Origin: Verrucomicrobiota bacterium
GTDB lineage: Bacteria; Chlamydiota; Chlamydiia; Chlamydiales; JAFEGQ01
DNA: 35,827 bases
Direction: 5' to 3'
NCBI GenBank assembly: GCA_018239785.1
Contig: JAFEGQ010000062.1
Span: 1 to 35,827, forward strand
Positions 7,979 to 15,900 of the stretch are shown here, in pieces (position 1 is the first letter of the stretch; the number at the start of each line of letters is the position of its first letter). The notes under the pieces are model-generated. The model did no database searches and was not told the origin of the DNA. It worked only from the letters and a program-made list of their open reading frames with translations. The position numbers were made by a program, and so were the translations under genes.

Positions 7979-9793
7979 ATGCAAGGTCGTATTCGCGTTT
8001 TAGATGAGCAGCTGATTAACAAAATCGCTGCGGGTGAAGTGGTAGAAAATTCGGCCTCTGTCGTTAAGGAGCTCGTTGAAAATTCCATCGATGCAGGAGC
8101 CTCTGAGGTGGGGGTCTGGATCAAGGCAGGGGGACGGCAGCTCATTCGGGTGGCCGACAACGGCTCTGGTATGGGGCGAGATGATGCGTTGCTCTGCTTG
8201 GAAAGGCATGCCACTTCCAAAATTCGGGCAGCTGAAGATCTCGTGGAAGTGGCGACGTTGGGGTTTCGCGGGGAAGCCGTGCCCGCAATCGCCTCTGTTT
8301 CAAAACTGACCCTTTTGACAAATCCTGCACAGGGGATGGGGACCGAGCTTTGGATCGAAGGGGGCAAAATCCAACGCTGCCTTGATGCCGCCAGATCTCT
8401 TGGGACCACCTTTGAGGTGGCGGCCCTTTTTTATAATACTCCTGCTAGGAGAGCTTTCCAAAAATCCATCTCCCACGATGCGCATGAGGTGGAGCAGTTA
8501 TTGCAGACAGTGGCTCTTGCTTACCCCCATACTCGTTTTGATTTAACGAGTGATGAGCGCTTGTTATTTTCCTACAGAGCTGAAGAGGGAGAGCTGTTGG
8601 TCGCTCTAGGAGAGCGGATCAAAAAGGTGCTCGGAGAGGGGCTGTGGCGCTCCTTGAGAAAGGTGGATTTTAAAGAGGAGGGAGTTTCCATTTGGGGCTA
8701 CATTTCAGAGCCCGAGTGCACAAAACCCAATAGAGGAGGACAGTATCTGTTTCTCAACGGACGAGCCATCACCTCTCCTGCGGTCTCTGAGATGGTGAGA
8801 ATGGCTTACGGGAGTCGTTTGCCCGAGCGGAGACACCCCCTTTTTGTCCTCCATTTGCAACTGCCTGGCGCATGGGTTGATGTGAATGTCCATCCTCAAA
8901 AGAAGCATGTGCGCATCCGCAATGAAAAGGAGCTTCAAGATTGGATCTTTGCAGCTATGGAAGGGGCGTGGCCTCTGCCTAAAAGAGGAACGGTATTGCG
9001 CGCCTGTGAACCTCAAGTTCCTTATGTTCAGGTATACCCAAATGACCTGAAGAATTGGGATTTGGGCCGCGTTAAAGCCCCGGGGTTCGACGATCTCAAC
9101 CCGCCCAATATTACTAATATTGAACGGGTTGAGATCGTCGAACCGCGGGAGCTTTCACGCAGGCCCAAAACCAATTCTTCAGGTCATTTTGGTATAAGTG
9201 ATTTCCTTGCGTCTCCTCTCCCCTATTCTCCCCCTTCTGCCAACGCACAGCCTTCTTTAGTGGAAATTCCTGCCCAGGTACTGGGGCTTTATGGCCGTTA
9301 TCTCCTTGTCGATGGAGAGTCTCTTGGGGAGGGCAAAAAGGGGTTGGCTTTTGTCGATGTCTTAGCGGCGAGAAGGAGGATTCTCTACGAAGAGCTCATC
9401 ATGGCGAAGAGACAAAGTGGAGCGCAGATGCTCCTCATTCCTCTAACCATTGACTTGTTGCCTGCGGAAAAAAGGGCTTTAGAAGAGCGGCAAAAAGAGC
9501 TCGAGGCTTTGGGAATAGGGGTCCGTTTTTGTGGCTCCCATTCTGCACTGATTGACGCTGTGCCAGCCCATGTGGAGATGGAGGCAACGGAGGATTTTTT
9601 GCGCGCGCTATTGGCGACAAAAGAAGAGCTAGCTGTCGTTGCGGCGATGCGAGGCGCTGTGAGTTCACAAATCTCATCGACAGAAGAGGGGCGAAGGATC
9701 TTGCAGCGCCTCTTGAAATGTGCCGTCCCCTTTTTTGACCCCAAAGGAAAACCTCTAATCGCTTATCTTGAGCCTAAGGAGCTTTTTTCATGA
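7979..9793 (+). CDS. mutL: DNA mismatch repair protein MutL
   Basis: 604 aa with a GHKL ATPase N-terminus (LINKIAAGEVVENSASVVKELVENSIDAGAS, ADNGSGM, LGFRGEA) and a C-terminal dimerisation domain. Confidence 0.95.
   Translation: MQGRIRVLDEQLINKIAAGEVVENSASVVKELVENSIDAGASEVGVWIKAGGRQLIRVADNGSGMGRDDALLCLERHATSKIRAAEDLVEVATLGFRGEAVPAIASVSKLTLLTNPAQGMGTELWIEGGKIQRCLDAARSLGTTFEVAALFYNTPARRAFQKSISHDAHEVEQLLQTVALAYPHTRFDLTSDERLLFSYRAEEGELLVALGERIKKVLGEGLWRSLRKVDFKEEGVSIWGYISEPECTKPNRGGQYLFLNGRAITSPAVSEMVRMAYGSRLPERRHPLFVLHLQLPGAWVDVNVHPQKKHVRIRNEKELQDWIFAAMEGAWPLPKRGTVLRACEPQVPYVQVYPNDLKNWDLGRVKAPGFDDLNPPNITNIERVEIVEPRELSRRPKTNSSGHFGISDFLASPLPYSPPSANAQPSLVEIPAQVLGLYGRYLLVDGESLGEGKKGLAFVDVLAARRRILYEELIMAKRQSGAQMLLIPLTIDLLPAEKRALEERQKELEALGIGVRFCGSHSALIDAVPAHVEMEATEDFLRALLATKEELAVVAAMRGAVSSQISSTEEGRRILQRLLKCAVPFFDPKGKPLIAYLEPKELFS
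9033..9196. repeat. 164-bp near-perfect palindrome embedded in frame in the mutL linker (REP/RPE/MITE-like)
   Basis: I paired the arms base by base around centre 9114. TATACCCAAATGACCTGAAGAATTGG...GGTTCGACGATCTCAACCCG...CAATATT pairs with AATATTG...CGGGTTGAGATCGTCGAACC...CCAATTCTTCAGGTCATTTTGGTATA. Each ~80-bp arm has only a handful of mismatches and three 1-nt indels. Confidence 0.85.
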
Positions 9794-10767
9794 CATTTCT
9801 CGTCGAAGACCCGATCAACTTGCGCTACTTCACAGGCCTCGAGCTTTCTGCAGGAGTGCTTTTGGAGGGGGAGCGCCTTTTTGTCGATGGGCGTTATTTA
9901 GAAGTAGCTAAAGAGAGAAGTCCTGTTCCTGTGGAGCTCTTTTCATGGGAGAAGCTGCAATATTTAACTCATGTCGAAGTGGATACAACCACGATTACCG
10001 CACATCGCCTTGAAGTGCTCAAGGAGAAACTCCCCTGTGAGATCACTGCCCTCCCATTTGCTTGTCAGCGCAAGAGGATGATCAAAAAACCTGAAGAAAT
10101 TGTGGCATTGCGCAAAGCTGCAGACCTTGGGTCGTTAGGCTTTGATGATGCCTGCAATCGACTTGAAGAGGGGATCAGCGAAAAAGAGGTAGCCAAGCAG
10201 CTGGAAATTTTTTGGCTGAATCAGGGGGCCGATGGCGTGGCGTTTTCCCCCATCGTAGCTTTTGGGGAACATAGCGCCTTGCCCCATCATCGTTGCAGTG
10301 AGCGCAAGTTGAAAAAAGGCGATACGGTCTTGTTAGATCTCGGGGTGAAGCTCAACGGCTATGCTTCCGATATGACGAGGGTCCTTTTTTTTGGAGAGCC
10401 CGATCAACGCATTCTGGAGATTTATTCCGTTGTTTTAGAGGCTTTCGAAAAAAGTAAAGCTGCTTTACGCCCTGGAATGGCATGTCTGGCTGTCGATGAG
10501 GTGGCTCGCGCCCACATCGCTGCTGCTGGATATGAGTTTGTCCATAGTCTTGGCCATGGAGTAGGACTTGAGGTGCACGAGGCTCCTGTGCTCAGCAAAC
10601 GGGAACCTTGGGCAGACGTGGCTTTGCAAGAGGGGATGGTGATCACAGTAGAGCCTGGCATTTATCTGCCCCAAGTGGGAGGTGTGCGCCTCGAAGACAC
10701 CTTCTTAATCACTCAAGGAGAGTGCGAGAGCTTGACTTGCCGTCCTCTACCTCCTCTTCAATTGTGA
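9790..10767 (+). CDS. M24-family Xaa-Pro peptidase
   Basis: 325 aa with pita-bread metal ligand motifs (DLGVKLNGYASDMTR, HSLGHGVGLEVHE, GGVRLED). The ATGA start/stop overlaps mutL. Confidence 0.85.
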   Translation: MTFLVEDPINLRYFTGLELSAGVLLEGERLFVDGRYLEVAKERSPVPVELFSWEKLQYLTHVEVDTTTITAHRLEVLKEKLPCEITALPFACQRKRMIKKPEEIVALRKAADLGSLGFDDACNRLEEGISEKEVAKQLEIFWLNQGADGVAFSPIVAFGEHSALPHHRCSERKLKKGDTVLLDLGVKLNGYASDMTRVLFFGEPDQRILEIYSVVLEAFEKSKAALRPGMACLAVDEVARAHIAAAGYEFVHSLGHGVGLEVHEAPVLSKREPWADVALQEGMVITVEPGIYLPQVGGVRLEDTFLITQGECESLTCRPLPPLQL

Positions 10768-11559
10768 TTAAAACTTGCGGCTCAGCTCCATATTGATTCC
10801 CCAAGTCCACCACTGACCACTATTTGCATCTCGCAAAGAGCCCACAAAAGGACCGCGATCATTTTCTCCTGAAATGGTTCCGGAACTCTTCCCAATCCAG
10901 TAGTCACGCACGTACGAACTTAAGCTAAAATCATAACACTCGCCAATGAGGTAGCTCCCCTCGAATTTTAAGACTCCTCCTACAGTGGCTGCAAGAGAGC
11001 GGGCGTGCATCTCGTAATAAGGGAAGTTGCGCAAGTTGAGAGATGTTGAAGAATGGACGAGACCCGTTTGCATCTGGGCCAGCGCCCTCAGGCCTATAGA
11101 ATCTCCTATGAAACGTAATTCAAATCCTCCAAATAACGCGCCGAGATTCATATCCGCCCGCATTTTGAGAGGACTTGCGGTGCTAGCTCTATCTTTGAGC
11201 CAAAATCCATGATAGCTCAATCCTGCCGAAGGGATTAACCGAACGGTGGATTGGTCAGGGGGGCAGAACATCCGCCCACAGCTCATCTCTAGATCGAGGA
11301 CACCGCCGTCGAAACATTCTGCTGCGTCCACAATTCTACCTCCTCCTGCCTCACCTCCCAGCCACAAGCCACCACAAGGATCGCAATGCTCGACGGCAAC
11401 TCTTCCTTCAAAGCTACCGATATTTTTCAATTGCCCGCCGGTCCCAGAGATGTTGTCCCGACGTATTCCCAAAGAAGGTGCGACTTTCCATTCCGCTGAA
11501 ATAGGAAGCCAAAAAGCGTTTACCATCAGCAAGAACAGGAAAGCGATTTTCTGTAACAT
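10768..11559 (-). CDS. putative outer-membrane beta-barrel protein
   Basis: 263 aa with a signal peptide (MLQKIAFLFLLMVNAFWLPISA), alternating-hydrophobic beta-strand character, and a C-terminal aromatic residue (…NMELSRKF). Confidence 0.55.
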   Translation of the reverse strand: MLQKIAFLFLLMVNAFWLPISAEWKVAPSLGIRRDNISGTGGQLKNIGSFEGRVAVEHCDPCGGLWLGGEAGGGRIVDAAECFDGGVLDLEMSCGRMFCPPDQSTVRLIPSAGLSYHGFWLKDRASTASPLKMRADMNLGALFGGFELRFIGDSIGLRALAQMQTGLVHSSTSLNLRNFPYYEMHARSLAATVGGVLKFEGSYLIGECYDFSLSSYVRDYWIGKSSGTISGENDRGPFVGSLRDANSGQWWTWGINMELSRKF

Positions 11560-11623
11560 CTAGACTCCTTAAAAAGGCCGAAGCGAGTCTAGAGCATTTG
11601 GACACTATTTGCAATGATGTTTT

Positions 11624-12508
11624 TTAAATGAGCTTCCGTTTGAGGTGGGCTTCTAGTTGCGCTAGGGGCGCTGTTTTGGGGTCGTGCATGGCGTTTGGGG
11701 GCAAGTAGTAGGTCTGCTCTAGAACATGCTGCCCAGACATGGCTGCATGAGAGACGAGATCTGTGTAGACCGCCCAGCTGCTTCCTGGGGGGAAGTGCAC
11801 CTCTTCTTGAGGGGCTTGGCGTTGGTACTCCATGTCCCCCTTCATGGTGTCATGCATCTTCAGCATGCACTGATCGTAAGAGCTGCGGCGCCCCTTGGTG
11901 ATCCCACATTTGTCAAACACCCAGGCGACAAATGGGGAAAAAGGGGAAACGCGAGGATTGATCTTCGCCATTACATCGGCAAAAGGCTCTCCTGTGCGCC
12001 AGACGCGCGGCTTGCCATCGGGATTAATATTCGTAAAAAACCGGAGAATACGACGCCCTCTTACGGGAGTTGCGGGGAAGGCATCGACATGGAGGCGGGT
12101 GTCATCCTTCATCGCGGAGGTTTGTCTGCCCGCAATTTCAACAGGGCGAAAACTCGTTTTTGCCTGCACGACGGTGCTTTGATAGTGAGGAAGGAGGGAG
12201 TTTAAAAAACGGCGGCTCGAAGATGCGTACCGAAGGAGCATCTTCTGTAGAGGCGCAGCTCCTTCTCCTTGTAAGACAGTTCCTCCTAGTTTCTGCCGAT
12301 GGCAATCGTAGCTCACATTTTTTGCCCTAGGGTCGAGAATGGTAGGAGAAAGGAGCGATGTTTCGTCTTGATCGAGGGAAAACGCCAGAGCCGGGAAGTA
12401 GAGGACCTTGCCCCCTTCTAACGCTTTTATCGCCATGGCCTGAACATCAGGAGAAAAATTGCCTTCCCATCCCTTCCCATCGATCACTTCAAGAGACTTC
12501 ATCTTCAA
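11624..12508 (-). CDS. kdoO: Kdo hydroxylase (KdoO-like Fe(II)/2-oxoglutarate dioxygenase)
   Basis: 294 aa. It shows the family-typical N-terminus (ALEGGKVLYFPALAFSL...E..LLSP.ILDPRAKNVSYD), an HxD iron motif in DDTRLHVDAFPATP, and a later YTDLVSHAAMSG. The call rests on remembered family similarity. Confidence 0.65.
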   Translation of the reverse strand: MKMKSLEVIDGKGWEGNFSPDVQAMAIKALEGGKVLYFPALAFSLDQDETSLLSPTILDPRAKNVSYDCHRQKLGGTVLQGEGAAPLQKMLLRYASSSRRFLNSLLPHYQSTVVQAKTSFRPVEIAGRQTSAMKDDTRLHVDAFPATPVRGRRILRFFTNINPDGKPRVWRTGEPFADVMAKINPRVSPFSPFVAWVFDKCGITKGRRSSYDQCMLKMHDTMKGDMEYQRQAPQEEVHFPPGSSWAVYTDLVSHAAMSGQHVLEQTYYLPPNAMHDPKTAPLAQLEAHLKRKLI

Positions 12509-12642
12509 GCTCCTTTCGCAACTCAGGTTTTGAATCCGTAGCCTAACTTTTAGATGTCAAAAAATCAAGTTCGATACTGAGCTTTGAAAGAAAAGCCAAT
12601 AAGGTATAAATACAAAAAAACCTGAAAGGACGTGATTCTAGA

Positions 12643-13350
12643 ATGTTCGGCAAGCGAAAAGGGAAAGAGCAGAGGCCTCTACAGTACCAGCTCCATCGCG
12701 CCCACCCTTGGCACGGTGTTAGCATCGGTGAAGATGCCCCACGCGAAGTCAATGCCTACGTGGAAATCGTTCCCACCGATACCGTGAAGTATGAGCTCGA
12801 TAAAGAAACGGGAATTCTCCGGGTCGATCGGCCACAAAAATACTCTAATTACTGCCCAGCCCTTTATGGCTTAATTCCTCAAACTTACTGCATGGAGCGG
12901 ATCGGCGACTATTGCAAACAAAAAACTCAACATCTTGATATCAAGGGCGATGGCGATCCCCTCGATATCTGCATTTTTGCTGAGCGCCCCATGGTCCGAG
13001 GAGATTTTCTGGTCCGCGCTATCCCCATCGGGGGCTTTCGGATGATCGACGGAAATGAAGCTGATGATAAGATCGTAGCGGTTCAAGAGAATGACTTGAT
13101 TTACGGAAAAATTCGGGATGTGGAGCAATTGCCGAATGCTGTTTTGAATCGGCTGCGCCACTACTTTTTGACCTACAAGGACTATCCTTCAAACTTGCCA
13201 GAAGCCGTTTCAGGGCGGCAACGGGAAGTGGAGATTGTGGAAACCTTTAGCTGGGAAGAGGCACACTATATCATTGAGCTCGCTCGGCAAGATTATCTGG
13301 CCCATTTTGCCCATGTGCATGCGGCTTGGGGAAAGGGGATCGGCATTTGA
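12643..13350 (+). CDS. ppa: family I inorganic pyrophosphatase
   Basis: 235 aa with VEIVPTDTVKYELDKETG, DGDPLDICIF and GGFRMIDGNEADDKIVAV. Confidence 0.85.
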   Translation: MFGKRKGKEQRPLQYQLHRAHPWHGVSIGEDAPREVNAYVEIVPTDTVKYELDKETGILRVDRPQKYSNYCPALYGLIPQTYCMERIGDYCKQKTQHLDIKGDGDPLDICIFAERPMVRGDFLVRAIPIGGFRMIDGNEADDKIVAVQENDLIYGKIRDVEQLPNAVLNRLRHYFLTYKDYPSNLPEAVSGRQREVEIVETFSWEEAHYIIELARQDYLAHFAHVHAAWGKGIGI

Positions 13351-14252
13351 TGCAATATATTGATTGCGTTGTGATTGGGAAAAATTGCGCTTCAGCGCTA
13401 GAGCAGACCTTTGCAAGTATCAAAAGCGCATCATATGGGAGGGGAGAGATCAAGCTCACTTACGTTGATCGAGGATCGACGGATGGTTCTGAAGAAATAG
13501 CGAGGCAAGCTGGGGTTTCCGTCATCCCTTTGAAAAGCACAAGTTCCCTATTTGAGGCAAGGCAAGCGGGGTTTGCCGCGGGAACCTCTCCCCTTGTCCA
13601 ATTTATCGATGGGGGTTCTGTGATCGCTCCCGATTGGTTCGCGATTGCGACAAAGAGGTTGCATAGCGACACCGCTGTTTGTTTTGGGAAAAGGAAGGAA
13701 CGAGAGGAAAGCATTTGGGCGAGAATCGTTGAAATCGACCAAAATTCTCCCCCAGGTGATCAAACCCAATTTGGATTAGAAGCGCTCTTGCGCCGCGATG
13801 CCTTTGAGCGGTGCGATACCTACACACAAGTGCTGAGTCAGCAGGTCCAAGCCCAAGGGAAGCGGATCGTGGCCCTCGATGTGCCGATGCTAACTTGCGA
13901 TAGCCAGATGAGAGGCTGGGAAGATTGGTGGCTCTATTGCTTCGAGCAAGGAGAGGGGTTAGCAGCTGCAGAAGGTTCGTTCGCGAATTTGATGCGACAA
14001 GAATGTTTCCAAAGAGGAGGAGGAGCGCTTGTTTTAGCTCTTTTGGGCATCCTTTTTTCCATAGGCAGTCTGTGGTGGTTGCTCCTCGTGATGGCGGCTG
14101 TGTATATGCTCATCCACCCAAGAGCGTTGAAAGTTGAGGTCTTTAAAAGGGACAGACAACTTTCACTCCATCAAGCGGCCCTTTATGCATGGCATCGCTC
14201 TTTTGCAGTGGTGCCCGAATTTTTCGGCAGCTTGCGATTTTTGCTCACTTGA
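13350..14252 (+). CDS. family 2 glycosyltransferase-like membrane protein
   Basis: I prefer the ATG at 13350 (a TGATG overlap with the ppa stop) to the track start at 13326. Motifs are CVVIGKNCASALEQTFASI, YVDRGSTDGSEEIA and QFIDGGSVIAPDWF, plus C-terminal TM helices. Confidence 0.6.
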   Translation: MQYIDCVVIGKNCASALEQTFASIKSASYGRGEIKLTYVDRGSTDGSEEIARQAGVSVIPLKSTSSLFEARQAGFAAGTSPLVQFIDGGSVIAPDWFAIATKRLHSDTAVCFGKRKEREESIWARIVEIDQNSPPGDQTQFGLEALLRRDAFERCDTYTQVLSQQVQAQGKRIVALDVPMLTCDSQMRGWEDWWLYCFEQGEGLAAAEGSFANLMRQECFQRGGGALVLALLGILFSIGSLWWLLLVMAAVYMLIHPRALKVEVFKRDRQLSLHQAALYAWHRSFAVVPEFFGSLRFLLT

Positions 14253-14283
14253 CAGAAGAAAAAGAGGGGAGTACTTCAAAGTT

Positions 14284-15900
14284 ATGGTCGGTGTCACACT
14301 AAAAAAATCTATTTTCGCCCAAGGCAGCTATTCTTTTGAGACAAGTGCTGCCTTTAAAAAATTATCTCAATTGAGCAAGACCCCCTATGATTTGACGCAA
14401 GAAGGGCATCTCACTCCCGAGAGAATCCACCGCTTTGTAGCCCATTCTACCAATTGGAAGCTCCTCTATGGAACCCAAAGAGTGGATGCAGAGGTCATGG
14501 AGACTCTTCAACAATTGGCGCGCGAGGCAAATGTCTTTGAGAAGATGCACGCCATGCAAGGGGGAGAGGTGATCAATTGCATTGAAGGGTTTGAATCGGA
14601 ACAAAGAAGGGTATTACATACAGCTCTTCGAGACTTTTTCGACCATCCCAACGAGGCTAAGGAAGCAAGAGAAGCGGCTAAAGCAGCCAAGCGAGAGTTA
14701 GAAAAGCTAGAGACTCTGATCTACGAGATCGACAAAGAAGAGAGGTGGACAGATCTCCTCTTTGTTGGGATTGGGGGATCTGAACTGGGCCCCAAAATGC
14801 TCGTCCTTGGGCTCGAGGCCTATCAAAGACCCAATCGACGGGTCCACTTCATTTCTAACGTCGATCCTGACGATGTGGCCTCTGTCTTGAAAGGGGTGGA
14901 TCTGGAGCACGCTCTTTTGGTCACGGTTTCAAAATCTGGGGGCACTCTCGAGACCAAAACCAATGAAGACTTTGTGCGCCGTCGCTTTGAGGAAGCTGGC
15001 CTTGATGTCAACGAACACTGCATCGCTGTGACGGGTGAGGGGAGTCCTATGGACGATCCGGCCCGCTATCGGCAATGCCTTTATATCTGGGATTGGGTGG
15101 GAGGGCGCTACTCTGGCACAAGTGTTGTCGGGGGGATCGCGTTGGCATTTGCGTATGGCTTAGATCTCTTTCGGGATCTCTTGCGTGGCGCGCATGCGAT
15201 GGATCTTGCCGCCCGTGAGGAGGATTTTTCGAAAAATATCCCCCTCTTAATGGCTCTTTTGGGAATTTGGAATCGGAATTTTCTCCACTTTCCCACCCTC
15301 GCCATTATCCCCTACTGCAAGATGTTAGGGAGATTGTCTGCCCATGTACAGCAGCTTGACATGGAATCGAATGGCAAACGGATCGATCGCTTTGGCAAAA
15401 GTGTAAGCTATTCTACGTCACCCGTGATCTGGGGTGAGCCAGCGACCAATGCTCAGCATTCTTTCTTCCAAATGATGCATCAAGGAACCGATGTTGTCCC
15501 TTTTGAGTTCATTGGATTTAAGCGCTCTCAAATGGGTCAAGATATGGAGCTCTTTGGCACCACTTGCCATGATAAGTTAGTGGCCAACCTCTTTGCTCAA
15601 GCGCTGGCCTTAGCGCAAGGGCAGACAAGCTCGAATCCCAACAAATTTTTCCCAGGCAACCGCCCTAGCTCCATTTTGCTTGCCGAAGTGCTCGATCCTT
15701 ACACCTTAGGAGCCCTTCTCTCCATTTATGAGCATAAGGTGGCGTTCCAGGGCTTTATCTGGAACATCAATTCCTTTGATCAAGAGGGGGTGCAGCTGGG
15801 CAAAGTTTTGGCGAACAAAGTTCTCAATCGGATCGCCGGAGGCAAAGAGCCCTACTTGCTCGGGGATGCCTTTTTGGATGAGTTACAGCAATGCGATTGA
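14284..15900 (+). CDS. pgi: glucose-6-phosphate isomerase
   Basis: I prefer the ATG at 14284, because the track start at 14134 would overlap the GT2 gene by 119 nt. PGI motifs are GIGGSELGPKM, VSKSGGTLET, DWVGGRYS, QQLDMESNGK and GEPATNAQHSFFQ. Confidence 0.92.
   Translation: MVGVTLKKSIFAQGSYSFETSAAFKKLSQLSKTPYDLTQEGHLTPERIHRFVAHSTNWKLLYGTQRVDAEVMETLQQLAREANVFEKMHAMQGGEVINCIEGFESEQRRVLHTALRDFFDHPNEAKEAREAAKAAKRELEKLETLIYEIDKEERWTDLLFVGIGGSELGPKMLVLGLEAYQRPNRRVHFISNVDPDDVASVLKGVDLEHALLVTVSKSGGTLETKTNEDFVRRRFEEAGLDVNEHCIAVTGEGSPMDDPARYRQCLYIWDWVGGRYSGTSVVGGIALAFAYGLDLFRDLLRGAHAMDLAAREEDFSKNIPLLMALLGIWNRNFLHFPTLAIIPYCKMLGRLSAHVQQLDMESNGKRIDRFGKSVSYSTSPVIWGEPATNAQHSFFQMMHQGTDVVPFEFIGFKRSQMGQDMELFGTTCHDKLVANLFAQALALAQGQTSSNPNKFFPGNRPSSILLAEVLDPYTLGALLSIYEHKVAFQGFIWNINSFDQEGVQLGKVLANKVLNRIAGGKEPYLLGDAFLDELQQCD

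Noticed and set aside
7945-8409. Long antisense or alternative-frame ORFs inside real genes, such as 7945..8409, 11726..12205, 17477..17896, 19162..19626, 26280..26738, 23999..24472 and 35280..35645
   Set aside because: Each lies within a gene that has strong family motifs on the other strand or frame. Their compositions are typical of shadow ORFs, with no independent signals.
9081-9145. GGGGTTCGA / TCGAACC motifs (also near 31064 and 33260) that superficially resemble tRNA T-arms
   Set aside because: No cloverleaf can be drawn around them. Those at 9081-9145 are simply the two arms of the mutL palindrome.
14134-14283. 50-codon N-terminal extension of the pgi ORF in the track
   Set aside because: It would overlap the GT2 gene by 119 nt and its sequence (MRSLKGTDNFHSIKRPF...) is not PGI-like. 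The ATG at 14284 gives a normal-length PGI.
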